The notes below the pieces were generated by a model that searched no databases, was not told the origin of the DNA, and was given only the letters and a program-made list of their open reading frames with translations. From a virus (taxonomy: Duplodnaviria; Caudoviricetes): 59,580 bases of DNA. The translations under genes and the position numbers were made by a program. Of the stretch, positions 36,926 through 47,110 are shown in pieces. The DNA is taken from positions 1 through 59,580 of the IMG/VR virus record IMGVR_UViG_3300037785_000020. The stretch is one strand, 5' to 3'. Each line of letters begins with the position of its first letter. The first letter of the stretch is position 1.

Positions 36926-37123
36926 ATGTCGTTAGGTATAAACTTTGCAATGGATCACGCTGGCACATCTTTGCTGGTAAAAGGAGACAAGGCCGAGATG
37001 GTTGTTGGCAAGAAGCTGACTCTAACCCAGATAGCGGATGCTGATTTCATTGTGTACGAAGGGGTGATTATAAAAGATAAATTAGGTGTAACCATAGAAT
37101 CAAGACAGGTAAAAGAGGTTTAA
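36926..37123 (+). CDS. Hypothetical protein
   Basis: AGGGG RBS before ATG at 36926 (MSLGINF...). Confidence 0.55.
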   Translation: MSLGINFAMDHAGTSLLVKGDKAEMVVGKKLTLTQIADADFIVYEGVIIKDKLGVTIESRQVKEV

Positions 37124-37124
37124 T

Positions 37125-37364
37125 ATGAAGATTTGGTGTTTATTTAGCATAGAAAATAACTATGACCAGCCCTCGCACAACCTAGAGGCGTGGTGGGTAG
37201 AAAAACCTACATTTGAAAAAATAGCTAGTGTGTTAAACACATCCTTCCCTGCTAATAATAATGACACAACCTTGGGTATATGTAATATATGGCAAGGCCA
37301 AGAGCACCGCCATAATAACACAGACTATTGGCTAGAGGAAGTGGAAGAGGGTATAATTGAATGA
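37125..37364 (+). CDS. Hypothetical protein
   Basis: GAGGT RBS; N.YDQP..NL.AWW..KP. Confidence 0.6.
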   Translation: MKIWCLFSIENNYDQPSHNLEAWWVEKPTFEKIASVLNTSFPANNNDTTLGICNIWQGQEHRHNNTDYWLEEVEEGIIE

Positions 37365-38593
37365 GTGTTGAACTATTAAAACACTGTCTGAGTTACGAGT
37401 TCTATGAAAAGAACCGTGATCTGATAGAGGATGATTTCTTTGACTCAGACCAGCTCAAGCTATACACCTGCCTCAAGGAGCACTTTGCTGAGCATGAGAG
37501 TGATGTGCTCCCGAGCGAATTATATACTTTGTTCAAAGCACGTTACCCCGCTCAGACAAGTGCTTCTATTCAGGCAGTAGCCTCAGTGGTAGATCACCTC
37601 CGTGAGGTGGAGAGTTCCCCTGATGTGGCTGAGAGTCTTATTAAGATGGAGAAGATCAAACTCTTGTCTACGACTCTGGCTCAGGAGGCTTTCCACCTAG
37701 CTGATGGTAAGCACAGGGATATAGAAAAGATTGACTTACTTATCCGAGACATCCAGACTACCTTTGCTGATACCTCTGGTTATGACTTTGAGCCTATCAC
37801 AGATGACTTAGACGAGCTTTTAGAGCTGGGTAAGATGCCCTGCCAGTGGAAGTTTCACCTAGAACCTTTTAAAGAGCAAGCGGAGGGTATTGGGCCGGGG
37901 ACGTTATCTCTTATCGGTGCCAGACCAAATGCGGGTAAGACTCTATTTATCACCAGCTTAATATTCCAACCCGGTGGGTGGGCTTCTCAAGGTGCTAAAA
38001 TATTATACCTAGGTAATGAGGAATCTGCCGCCCGGACTAAGCTTAGAGGTGTATCTTCCTACACAGGCATGGATATGCGGGAGGTACATTCTGATACACC
38101 TGAGATGGAGAAGGCTAAGGAGTTGTACGCAGAGATCGCTAAGAATGTTACGGTTATTGACGTAGTAGGTATGAGCTTTGCTAAGTTAGAGGAGTTAATT
38201 CATAAGCACAAGCCAGACATTGTAGTAATAGATCAGCTTGACAAAGTGAAAGTTTCTGGTAAGTTTAATGGTAAGCATGAGGAGTATGGTGCTATCTATG
38301 TTACTGCTAGGGAGATTGCTAAGAAGCATAAATGTGCTGTGGTAGGTGTATCTCAGGCTAGTGCTGATGCAGATGGTAAACTATATTACTCCTATGACTT
38401 ACTCGCTGGTTCTAAGACAGACAAGGCGGCGGAGTGTGATTTAATTATTACCATAGGTAAAGAGGGTTATGGTAAAACACAAGGGAATGATAATGGGTTA
38501 AGAGTAGCAAACTTCTGTAAGAATAAATTAACAGGTAATGAAGGACATGTAGCCTTTACAATCCAGCCAGAAATTAGTAGAATAGACCTATAA
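37361..38593 (+). CDS. Replicative DnaB-like (SF4) helicase
   Basis: Walker A ARPNAGKT, NEE, VVIDQLDK, SQAS..A, SKTDKAAE.DLII, KNKL.G. Confidence 0.92.
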   Translation: MSVELLKHCLSYEFYEKNRDLIEDDFFDSDQLKLYTCLKEHFAEHESDVLPSELYTLFKARYPAQTSASIQAVASVVDHLREVESSPDVAESLIKMEKIKLLSTTLAQEAFHLADGKHRDIEKIDLLIRDIQTTFADTSGYDFEPITDDLDELLELGKMPCQWKFHLEPFKEQAEGIGPGTLSLIGARPNAGKTLFITSLIFQPGGWASQGAKILYLGNEESAARTKLRGVSSYTGMDMREVHSDTPEMEKAKELYAEIAKNVTVIDVVGMSFAKLEELIHKHKPDIVVIDQLDKVKVSGKFNGKHEEYGAIYVTAREIAKKHKCAVVGVSQASADADGKLYYSYDLLAGSKTDKAAECDLIITIGKEGYGKTQGNDNGLRVANFCKNKLTGNEGHVAFTIQPEISRIDL

Positions 38594-38608
38594 CCAAGGG
38601 GTGTCTAA

Positions 38609-38875
38609 ATGTATCAAATTATTAAATCAGGGGATAACTTCCTCGTAGTAGAAGCAGATGAATACACAGACGAGGTTGAACATAAGATACCTGTGACGTT
38701 GATGGGTAACTCAGAGGAGGATGTTCTGTGCTTAGTTAGGGAAATCTATCATGACACCCGCCTACAGTATAAATACAAGACTAGGCAAAAAGTAAGTAAC
38801 GAGTATAAATCTTATCTGGAACACTTTGACGAGGATGAAGATTATATACCTGATGTAACGGAGTTGTTTGAATGA
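38609..38875 (+). CDS. Hypothetical protein
   Basis: RBS and ORF packing. Confidence 0.55.
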   Translation: MYQIIKSGDNFLVVEADEYTDEVEHKIPVTLMGNSEEDVLCLVREIYHDTRLQYKYKTRQKVSNEYKSYLEHFDEDEDYIPDVTELFE

Positions 38876-39180
38876 GTATGCTATTTTCTGGCGGTAGTTC
38901 ACCTATGCTACTACCCAACCCTAGCCCTCGTAATTATAAGGTTACTAAGCACATACCAGTAGGGCGGTTTCACCTTTATGAGATAAAGTATAAGGATTGT
39001 ACTAACTTTGAGGGTATTAAATTAGTGGTGACAAGTAGTCCTATAGATACATCAGATAACTTCGATCCGCACTTTCTCGAGGGTAATACTGTTCTAGCCC
39101 GTTTTCGCCCCGGCTTATGGGAGGAGGCGCTTGCGTTTGTGCATATGGTGAATAACGCGTATACTAAGGGGAACTTATGA
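38872..39180 (+). CDS. Hypothetical phage protein
   Basis: PNPSP.NY, Y.DCTNFEG.K, DPHF, ARF.P motifs. Confidence 0.6.
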   Translation: MSMLFSGGSSPMLLPNPSPRNYKVTKHIPVGRFHLYEIKYKDCTNFEGIKLVVTSSPIDTSDNFDPHFLEGNTVLARFRPGLWEEALAFVHMVNNAYTKGNL

Positions 39181-39410
39181 TTAAAATTAACTTAGAATTT
39201 AATACTAACCTAGATGAAGCCCCTGATGATACCCCGCTGTACCTCGTAGTGGATGGCAAGATTGAGCAAGGCTTCAGAGGGTATGACTACTTCCTAGAGG
39301 ACTCTTATGGTTTCTACTATGGAGATGGGGATGAATGGAGCACAGGATATTATTTCACCCCGTGTGAACCTGAAGGCTGGACTTATTTAAAAAATATTAC
39401 CGTGCAGTAG
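39177..39410 (+). CDS. Hypothetical protein
   Basis: APDDTP..L..DG...W pattern. Confidence 0.55.
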   Translation: MIKINLEFNTNLDEAPDDTPLYLVVDGKIEQGFRGYDYFLEDSYGFYYGDGDEWSTGYYFTPCEPEGWTYLKNITVQ

Positions 39411-39464
39411 TATTACTACCATTATAGTATCAAAAGCAAAGAAGTATTACCGATAAGTAACATT

Positions 39465-42400
39465 ATGGAATTAGTTTTAGACGTAGAAACCACCACCACC
39501 CGCGAAGGTTGGGTTGAGGGTAAAAGCCTTTTAGGTGGCACACCAAGCCCGTATCACCCAGAGAATAAGCTGGTGATGGTACAATACAAGTTCGTAGGTA
39601 GAGACACCCCCGTCAAGTCACCCCATAACGGCGGGGAGGATATTGCACCTGAGGGGTACTTCTGGTTTAACCATGAGAAGTTTAATGGTGGTGATTCTAT
39701 TAGGGAAAACTTCCGTAAGGTACAAGACATCCTGATGATTACTACTCGTATGATCGGGCACAACCTTAAGTTCGATTTATCTTGGTTGTATGAGTGTGGC
39801 TTTACCTATGAGGGTAGTGTCTGGGATACGATGATCTTTGAATACCTACAGGCCAAGGGCTTAAAACCCGGTTTAGGTCTACAAGATTGTGCGGAGCGTA
39901 GAGAGTGTACCTTTGCTAAAACTGACTTTCTCAAAGACAGCCTTAAAGCAGGTATTAATACTGACAAGATGGACCCTGAGGAGTTGATTATCTATGGTAT
40001 GGCAGATATTTATACCACAGAGGAATTGTACCTAAAGCAAAAAGACCTACTCGCCACAGACCAAGACACCAAAACCATGAAGCCTGCCCTAGATTTGATG
40101 AATGAGATGTGCCTTGCCTTGACAGACATGGAACGTAACGGTTGTGCTATTGATGTGGAAGCCTTGGATAACCTAGAGCGTGAGTACAAAGCTGAGCAGG
40201 AGAAGCTGCAGGAGCGTATCGAAGAGATTGTACAGACCGTCATGGGGGATAAGCCTTACAATGTAGGATCACCTGAGCAACTATCCCAGATTATCTACTC
40301 TTTCAGATTCCGTGATGCTGAGTGTAAGAAAGCATGGTCACAAGCCTTTGACATAGGTACAGAGGTACGCAACGGGGTGAAGAAGAAGAAATATCCTATG
40401 CGGTTGTCCGACCATAAGATCACCAAACTTATGCACGAATTAACAGAGGATGTGTACAAAACTGAAGCCAGACATTGCCTAGCTTGTGATGGGCGGGGAC
40501 ATTATTACAAAACAAAGAAGAACGGGGAGCTGTACAAGAAACCCACCACCTGCAAAGAGTGTGACGGCTTAGGTATTCAATATGTTGAGACTGGTGAGAA
40601 GGCTGGGTTTAACCTTCACCACCCCGGAAGTTGGTATGCCACGGCTAACGGCTTTGCTGGGTCAAAGGATGTCATCGACGTACTGCTAAAACGGGCAGAG
40701 GAGAAGGAGCGGCTTAATGCAAAAGGTCAATTAGCTGTGGAGTTTCTTAGTGCTTGCCAGCGACTTAGCGCAATTAGCAGCTATCTAAACTCAGTCATGG
40801 GGGGTATTCGCAGGGGGATGTACCACGGAATCCTGCACACATCCTTTCAGCAGACTGTGGCGGCTACGGGTCGCCTAAGCTCCACGTCACCTAACTGCTT
40901 CCCCCCGGAGGTTGAGGTCTTGACTGCTCGTGGGTTTGTCTCTTGGGCAGATGTTAACAATGATGACATCCTAGCCCAGTGGGATAAACAAAGTCGTGTT
41001 ATTACATATACTCAACCGACTAAGTTGATAAAATATAACTATGATGGGGAGTTAATACACCTAAGTAAGTCTAGATACCAAGCCAATCCCGCTCTGTCTA
41101 TGGTGTGTACCCCAGACCACAGATTCCAATTAATCAACAGGAAGACTGGTAAACAGAACTCCTACACAGCAGATTGCTACCTCAAAGATGCGCTACAACC
41201 GCAGTCTGGCTTTAAGAGCGACACAGGGTGGACTCTACCCGATGATGAGCTTATACTTTGGTGCGCCTTACAAGCAGATGGTTCTAGATCACAGTGGGGG
41301 CAAGTACGTTTTAAGTTCCAAAAACTACGCAAGATAGAAAGGCTGCGTAAAACATTAGATAACCTAGGCATCATATATCAAGATAAGGCTTACACTACTT
41401 TTGGACATGGTAAGACCCAGCACGGAAGAGAGATTTATATCCGTAGGGAGGAGGCTGCCAAATTTAGCCACTTGACAAAGATGTTTGACCCACGACAGAT
41501 AACGTCTATGTCAGGAAGCACCGTGAGGAAGTTTGCGGAAGAGATACTCTTCTGGGACGGATGCTACACACGCAGTAGCCAGTATTGCTCGGAGCACAAA
41601 CAAAATGCTGAGGCTGTACTTGTCGCACAGATAATGGCGGGGCACACAGCTAAAATGCGTATGTACAAAAATAAGTATTATATAGTGGATATTATCAGGG
41701 ACAAGGTAGGCAATCTCACCTCTAATATGAAACATACTCGAATCCCCTACCAAGGGCTTGTGTATTGTGCGACTATGCCTAAAGGCACTGTTATCGTTAG
41801 GCACAAAGGTACTGTTTGGTTGACAGAGAACTGCCAAAATATGCCCCGGGGTAATACGTTCCCTATCAGAAAAGTGTTTGTGTCTAAGTTTGAAGGTGGT
41901 AAAATACTCTCCCGCGATTTGTCCCAGCTGGAGTTCCGTGTGGCGGCTTTCCTGAGTGGCTGTGAGAAAGCGTACCAGTTTATTGAATCGGGGCAGGATA
42001 TTCACATGGTATCTGGTGAGTTTTATTTCCCTGAGATTACTACCGTAGATGCCACGACTAAGAAGCTTCTTCGCACTAAAGCCAAATCTGAAACCTTCGG
42101 GCCTTTATATGGTAAATTGAATGAGTATGCAGAACACTTCTACGACACATTCCCCGGCATCAGGGAGTGGCATAAAAGACTAGGTGAAGAAGCACTACGA
42201 CATAAGCAAGTAACCATACCTAGCGGGAGGATATATGCTTTCCCCGGAGCTAGGCGTGATATGGATAAGTATGGTAGACCTATTGTTATGCCTACAACCC
42301 AGATTTACAACTATCCCGTACAAGGGTTTGCCACGGCTGATATTGTACCTGTGGTATTGATAACACTGTGGCGACTATTTAAGCAAAGTAATTTAAAAAG

Positions 42401-42602
42401 CTACTTGATGTTGACAGTGCACGATGATATAACAGCAGATGTCCACCCCGAGGAGATAGAAGATGTGAAGAAACTATTTGACACAGCATTTGGTATGGTA
42501 TATGATGAGTGCCGACGACGTTTTGGAGTAGAGATAGATATTCCGCTTGACTCAGAGATGTCGATAGGGGATAATTGGCTTGAACAGGAGGAGATAAGCT
42601 GA
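39465..42602 (+). CDS. polA: Family A DNA polymerase, HMO-2011 type, with DnaJ-like Zn insert and intein
   Basis: Exo LDVET / HNLKFD; two CxxCxGxG; TGRLSS; motif A DLSQLEFR, motif B KSETFGPLYG, motif C VHDD. Confidence 0.95.
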   Translation: MELVLDVETTTTREGWVEGKSLLGGTPSPYHPENKLVMVQYKFVGRDTPVKSPHNGGEDIAPEGYFWFNHEKFNGGDSIRENFRKVQDILMITTRMIGHNLKFDLSWLYECGFTYEGSVWDTMIFEYLQAKGLKPGLGLQDCAERRECTFAKTDFLKDSLKAGINTDKMDPEELIIYGMADIYTTEELYLKQKDLLATDQDTKTMKPALDLMNEMCLALTDMERNGCAIDVEALDNLEREYKAEQEKLQERIEEIVQTVMGDKPYNVGSPEQLSQIIYSFRFRDAECKKAWSQAFDIGTEVRNGVKKKKYPMRLSDHKITKLMHELTEDVYKTEARHCLACDGRGHYYKTKKNGELYKKPTTCKECDGLGIQYVETGEKAGFNLHHPGSWYATANGFAGSKDVIDVLLKRAEEKERLNAKGQLAVEFLSACQRLSAISSYLNSVMGGIRRGMYHGILHTSFQQTVAATGRLSSTSPNCFPPEVEVLTARGFVSWADVNNDDILAQWDKQSRVITYTQPTKLIKYNYDGELIHLSKSRYQANPALSMVCTPDHRFQLINRKTGKQNSYTADCYLKDALQPQSGFKSDTGWTLPDDELILWCALQADGSRSQWGQVRFKFQKLRKIERLRKTLDNLGIIYQDKAYTTFGHGKTQHGREIYIRREEAAKFSHLTKMFDPRQITSMSGSTVRKFAEEILFWDGCYTRSSQYCSEHKQNAEAVLVAQIMAGHTAKMRMYKNKYYIVDIIRDKVGNLTSNMKHTRIPYQGLVYCATMPKGTVIVRHKGTVWLTENCQNMPRGNTFPIRKVFVSKFEGGKILSRDLSQLEFRVAAFLSGCEKAYQFIESGQDIHMVSGEFYFPEITTVDATTKKLLRTKAKSETFGPLYGKLNEYAEHFYDTFPGIREWHKRLGEEALRHKQVTIPSGRIYAFPGARRDMDKYGRPIVMPTTQIYNYPVQGFATADIVPVVLITLWRLFKQSNLKSYLMLTVHDDITADVHPEEIEDVKKLFDTAFGMVYDECRRRFGVEIDIPLDSEMSIGDNWLEQEEIS
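40896..41831 (+). mobile_element. Intein (312 aa) with LAGLIDADG-like endonuclease in DNA polymerase
   Basis: PN|CFPPEVEVLT...CTPDHRF...WLTEN|CQNMP; ALQADG and LFWDG helices. Confidence 0.88.
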
Positions 42603-42859
42603 TGAGTTTTGAGGTAATAACAGCCACAAACATAGAGGAAGTACCTGAAGGTATCCGTGACAAGGTTATGGATTGTTTTGGCAACTACGGGGAGTACACC
42701 GTGTTGTTGGTCATCCGTAACGGGGTGGTCATCCTTCAAGAGTGGGATGGTGGCGAACCTGAGGACAACTCCTTTAGTAGGGATTGGAGCTGGGTGCCGG
42801 AGACGATAGAAAACGCGTATAACCTAGGTTTCAAAGATGGCCTACAGGATGGGAGGTGA
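42602..42859 (+). CDS. Hypothetical protein
   Basis: DGGEPEDN.F.RDW.W motif; coupled to the polymerase stop. Confidence 0.6.
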   Translation: MSFEVITATNIEEVPEGIRDKVMDCFGNYGEYTVLLVIRNGVVILQEWDGGEPEDNSFSRDWSWVPETIENAYNLGFKDGLQDGR

Positions 42860-43172
42860 AATAATGGAAGCGTTACGCATAGTAATGTCGGTGTTTATTG
42901 TAATTACCGTGGTGGTAAGTTCACTGGCATGGTTAGTATTACCAGTAGTGGTAATCTTAGATATTTTTAACTTAATCTAAAAGGAGATTAACAATGGATG
43001 AAGCATTACAGGTGTTACTAGGGGTGGCTGTTATCTTAGCCGTTCTGTTGACAGCCGTAGTATACATCAACCAAGTGACGACAGAGGCTAAGATACAGGC
43101 AATACAAGCTGGGGCTGACCCACTTGAAATAAACTGCCTACTTAACAAATAACCAAAGAGAAGGAATTAACA

Positions 43173-43979
43173 ATGGGTAAAGCACTAACTAAAGAACAGC
43201 AGGAACGACTTGCTAATATGACAACTAAGCCAAAACAGGCAGCTAGCTCCTCTGAGCGTAAACAGTTTGATAAGCTTAATGTACTCAATGTGAGTATCAA
43301 CAACCGTAAAGGGCAGTTCACTATCTATAAAGACGGTGAAAAGACTCTCCTAGGTGATAGTCTTAAAGTACGCCCAATTATGTTTGCTAACAAGTTTATG
43401 CGACAAGCAAAGAACGGCTCTGGCTGGGCTGTAGAATCTGAGTCTGTACTAGATAACCCAGCTATGACGGGGCACCTAGTATCTAACGACGGTACTATTG
43501 CCTGTGGTCGGTTGTTAGGTAAAGCAGCCAAAGGTCTGGATGGGGCTGAGGCAGAAATCAATAAGAACAAGGCTACGTTCTACGGTGTACTCTATGCTAT
43601 CTATGATGGTGACTTGGTTGCTATTAAGATGCCTAGTGGTAAAGCAATGGCTATGCAGCAGTTCATGCAGGAGTCAGAAGACCTACCTGTGTCCACTGAG
43701 ATTGAACTTATCTTAGGTGACCCTCACATGACTATTAACACTTCTAAGCTTGGCCTTAAAGTAACTGAGGATGAACTGGCTGCGGCTGAGATGGCTCAGG
43801 AGCATATTGACCAGTATAACTTCTTTACGGTGATTGCCTATAATCGTAGCGAGGAGCGTGCTGCAGGCCCAGTAGATATGGTTGAGTATGTGTCTGCTGA
43901 CTTTGCTGAGAAGTATGGTATTAAGAAGTATGAACCTAAGACTAACGAATCTTACGAGGCTGAGGATATTCCTAGCTAG
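43173..43979 (+). CDS. Probable single-stranded DNA-binding protein
   Basis: Between polymerase and exonuclease; G..ACGR motif; acidic EDIP C-terminus; AAGGA RBS. Confidence 0.6.
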   Translation: MGKALTKEQQERLANMTTKPKQAASSSERKQFDKLNVLNVSINNRKGQFTIYKDGEKTLLGDSLKVRPIMFANKFMRQAKNGSGWAVESESVLDNPAMTGHLVSNDGTIACGRLLGKAAKGLDGAEAEINKNKATFYGVLYAIYDGDLVAIKMPSGKAMAMQQFMQESEDLPVSTEIELILGDPHMTINTSKLGLKVTEDELAAAEMAQEHIDQYNFFTVIAYNRSEERAAGPVDMVEYVSADFAEKYGIKKYEPKTNESYEAEDIPS

Positions 43980-43995
43980 GTTTAATATTAACTCT

Positions 43996-44020
43996 GTGGG
44001 GGTACTCTAAGTACCCCTAC
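43996..44020 (+). terminator. Stem-loop after the SSB gene
   Basis: GTGGGGGTAC-TCTAA-GTACCCCTAC; weak U-tract. Confidence 0.5.
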
Positions 44021-44039
44021 TATTCTCAGGATAAACTTT

Positions 44040-44297
44040 ATGGAAAGTACAGCACCTCTATATAATTACCCCTCAATAGCTGAGGCTATTATGCAGCAAG
44101 ACTTACCCAAGTGGAAGAAGTACTTACTCAGGAAGCTGTTACCAGCTAAGTTATGGGAATCCCGACCAGAGCAGCTAGTTTCCTTGCCTGCGGGCACACT
44201 ATTTCAGGTACGAATAGACATGGAGCCTATCAACACTGATGCAGAGATAGACCTGCGCCTCACTGGAGACGACGACAACTTTATTACAAAGAATTAA
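44040..44297 (+). CDS. Hypothetical protein
   Basis: AGGA RBS, 85 aa. Confidence 0.55.
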   Translation: MESTAPLYNYPSIAEAIMQQDLPKWKKYLLRKLLPAKLWESRPEQLVSLPAGTLFQVRIDMEPINTDAEIDLRLTGDDDNFITKN

Positions 44298-44301
44298 TCT
44301 T

Positions 44302-45171
44302 ATGACAGCACCATTCGAGCAGAAACTACTTGACTTCTTGTCCAAGATATGCGATAATACTCTCCCTCAAAAAACAGTGGAAGCATTGTGCGCCGACATT
44401 GGGCAGTCAGTACAGGAGAAGTGTTTAGACACTTACCTGCGGGATAACTCAGAAGAGTTCCGCCTTCGTATGTCTGCTATGGGTAAAGACCTCCGCCGAC
44501 TTCTCTTAGAGAAGAAGCACGGTAAGGAGAAAGTAACACCGTCTATGATGATGAGATTTACCTACGGGCATCTCTACGAGGCGGTGTTTTTTTCTCTGAT
44601 GAAACATGCAGGTGTGGAGTTTATACCTAATGTCAAGGTTGAGCTGCCACTGGCTAATGGTGAGGTGATTCGCGGGGAGTTGGATCTAGTCTTTGAGGCT
44701 GACGGGCTTATCTGGGATGTTAAAACCTGTTCTCCCTACGCTTTTAAGAACAAATGGATTGATTGGCAGACCGTAGAAGAAAAAGACGAGTTTGGCTACT
44801 TTGCCCAGTTGTTTGGTTATTCGGAGGCTACTAGTATGCCTGCGGGTGGGTGGATTGTTATAGATAAGTCCTCTGGTACTTGGAAGGTTGTTGCTATACC
44901 TCAGGCAGAGCATAAAAGACTCCGCGAAAAGTATGTTAAAGAGATCGAAGCAAAGGCAGACCATATCATAAACCGACCTGATGAAATACCACCATGCACA
45001 GGTGTGGTAGATGAATACTTCAACAGGAAAAAGACTGGCTATAAGATACTAGACTATAACTGCTCCTACTGCCCATACAAAGATGGTATCTGTCATAAGA
45101 AAGTATCTGCTGAGCCGTGTAGACATAGCAAAGCAAAAGATAAGAAGATTAAATACTATGTGGAGGATTAG
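44302..45171 (+). CDS. PD-(D/E)XK Cas4-like exonuclease
   Basis: LRMS..GK, GELDL....IWDVKT, GY..QL..Y, C..CPYK..C. Confidence 0.85.
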   Translation: MTAPFEQKLLDFLSKICDNTLPQKTVEALCADIGQSVQEKCLDTYLRDNSEEFRLRMSAMGKDLRRLLLEKKHGKEKVTPSMMMRFTYGHLYEAVFFSLMKHAGVEFIPNVKVELPLANGEVIRGELDLVFEADGLIWDVKTCSPYAFKNKWIDWQTVEEKDEFGYFAQLFGYSEATSMPAGGWIVIDKSSGTWKVVAIPQAEHKRLREKYVKEIEAKADHIINRPDEIPPCTGVVDEYFNRKKTGYKILDYNCSYCPYKDGICHKKVSAEPCRHSKAKDKKIKYYVED

Positions 45172-45540
45172 GTGTTAAAGACAATTAATACACAAACAGA
45201 AGAAGACCCTAATGTAGTAGGTGAAGTGTTCCGTGAATATACCTTTGTAGGTGAGGGTACCGGCTGCTACAGCAATTTTACTCTTCGTGAAAGCTTTGAA
45301 CCCTTAGAGTATAAAGACATCCCACAGCACGTCCACGAACTTGTCGGTGGTGGTATTATAACTGAAAATGAGTATGATCGCAGGGCCTACGCTTCCAGAG
45401 TCCAGATGTACAAGTGCAACCTTTCAGATATTATTGTTGTCTGGTTTTGGGATGGGGACGGTACACTTTACTTCCGCGAAGGCGATGTCGAGGTGCTTAA
45501 TGATGACTGTAAAAAGAACTACACTTGGGAATTTGTATGA
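45172..45540 (+). CDS. Hypothetical protein
   Basis: GGAGG RBS, GTG start; WFWDGDGTL motif. Confidence 0.6.
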   Translation: MLKTINTQTEEDPNVVGEVFREYTFVGEGTGCYSNFTLRESFEPLEYKDIPQHVHELVGGGIITENEYDRRAYASRVQMYKCNLSDIIVVWFWDGDGTLYFREGDVEVLNDDCKKNYTWEFV

Positions 45541-45854
45541 AATACCTACGAAGAATTAAATGGTGGTTGACTAGTTCTTGGTATAGAAAACACGGCTGGC
45601 TACCACACTGGAGCTTAGATCATTATATCCTAATGAATACTTTACCCCACCTAAAGCTACTCAAAGAAAACCCTATAGGTTACCCTTGTGTTTTTGATGA
45701 TGTTACTGAGTGGCAAGAAGTTCTAGGCACTATAATCGAGGGTTTTGAGTATTACCTAGAGGATGATTGGTTCCACGAAGCACCAGAGAAGCGAGCTAAA
45801 TATGAAGAAGCTAAGGAATTATTCTTTGACTACTTTGAAGACTTATGGGATTAA
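45537..45854 (+). CDS. Hypothetical phage protein
   Basis: WSLD, GYP, W..VL..II.GFE, LF..YF..LWD motifs; ATGA start at 45537. Confidence 0.65.
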   Translation: MKYLRRIKWWLTSSWYRKHGWLPHWSLDHYILMNTLPHLKLLKENPIGYPCVFDDVTEWQEVLGTIIEGFEYYLEDDWFHEAPEKRAKYEEAKELFFDYFEDLWD

Positions 45855-45859
45855 AAATT

Positions 45860-46852
45860 ATGACACTACCAAGAATTAAAACACCAAAAACTACCTACAC
45901 TATTGACTACCCCGAGGCAATCGAGTTCTGCCGCCAGCAAAACTCGGTCTTCTGGACTGATGATGAAATCAATGTAGAAAAAGATGTACAAGACATCATG
46001 GTAAACATGGGTGACGAAGCCAAGCACGGTGTTATCACAGTGTTGAAACTCTTCACCCTTTATGAACTTATCGCAGGCAATGAATACTGGGGAGAACGTG
46101 TAGTTAAGATGTTCCCTCGCCCAGATATTCAACGTATGGCAAACTGCTTTTCTTACTTTGAGTTAAATATACACGCCCCGTTTTACAATAAACTAAACGA
46201 AGCCTTAGGTCTGGCTACAGACGAGTTTTATAATTCCTATACCGACGATGCAGTTTTGCAAGAACGTATGGAGTTCGTAGATAGTTATGTAAACCACCAT
46301 GACGACCTACTCTCCTTAGGTGTGTTTTCTATGGTTGAGGGGGCTATCTTATACTCTTCCTTTGCCTATCTAAAACATTTCCAAGCTGGTGGTAAGAACC
46401 AATTACTCAATGTAGTGCGTGGAATCAATTTTTCAGTGCGTGATGAGAATCTGCACTCGGAAGGTGGGGCGTGGCTGTACCGCACCTTGAAGCGGGAAGG
46501 TTTGGAGTTAGGTACCTACGATGAAGATTACATCGCTACTGTAGAGAACCAGATCAAAGAGGCCGCACATAAACTTTATGAACATGAAGCCCGTATTGCA
46601 GATATGATCTTTGAGAAAGGTAAGATTGAAGGTATCACTGACCTACAGTTGAAGAACTTTGTACAAAGTCGAATTAATCTGTGCTTGCGTAATTTAGAGA
46701 TTGACCCGATCTTCGAGGTGAAGTATAATCCCATCAAAGACTGGTTCTATAAGAATATCAACTCTGTACAGTTTCACGACTTTTTCACAGGTATTGGTAA
46801 TTCATATAACAGAACTTGGGATGAAGGTAATTTTACTTGGGGTAGCAAATGA
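45860..46852 (+). CDS. nrdB: Ribonucleotide reductase class I, beta subunit
   Basis: FWT..EI, E..IH..FY, EGAILYSSFA, RDENLH diiron ligands, DFF C-terminus. Confidence 0.92.
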   Translation: MTLPRIKTPKTTYTIDYPEAIEFCRQQNSVFWTDDEINVEKDVQDIMVNMGDEAKHGVITVLKLFTLYELIAGNEYWGERVVKMFPRPDIQRMANCFSYFELNIHAPFYNKLNEALGLATDEFYNSYTDDAVLQERMEFVDSYVNHHDDLLSLGVFSMVEGAILYSSFAYLKHFQAGGKNQLLNVVRGINFSVRDENLHSEGGAWLYRTLKREGLELGTYDEDYIATVENQIKEAAHKLYEHEARIADMIFEKGKIEGITDLQLKNFVQSRINLCLRNLEIDPIFEVKYNPIKDWFYKNINSVQFHDFFTGIGNSYNRTWDEGNFTWGSK

Positions 46853-47058
46853 GCGATAAGGTAGAGTATTTGGATATAGCCACTCGACTTGATGTCCCAG
46901 TAGAGAGGGTTCTGGATGGGTTAGAAGAGACGTTAGAATCTGTAGTTGTCATAGGTTGGGATAAAGAGGGTGAGATGGTCTTTGCTTCTTCTATGGCTGA
47001 TGGAGGAGATGTGCTATGGCTACTAGAGAAGGCTAAAAATTTGTTATTGGAGTATTAG
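46849..47058 (+). CDS. Hypothetical protein between nrdB and nrdA
   Basis: T.LD.P.ERVL...VV.GW....FASS.....LWLLE. Confidence 0.65.
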   Translation: MSDKVEYLDIATRLDVPVERVLDGLEETLESVVVIGWDKEGEMVFASSMADGGDVLWLLEKAKNLLLEY

Positions 47059-47110
47059 TGTTCTATGAACAGAGCACAAGACCCTTTCATGATCTATTAA
47101 TGGAGCAGAA

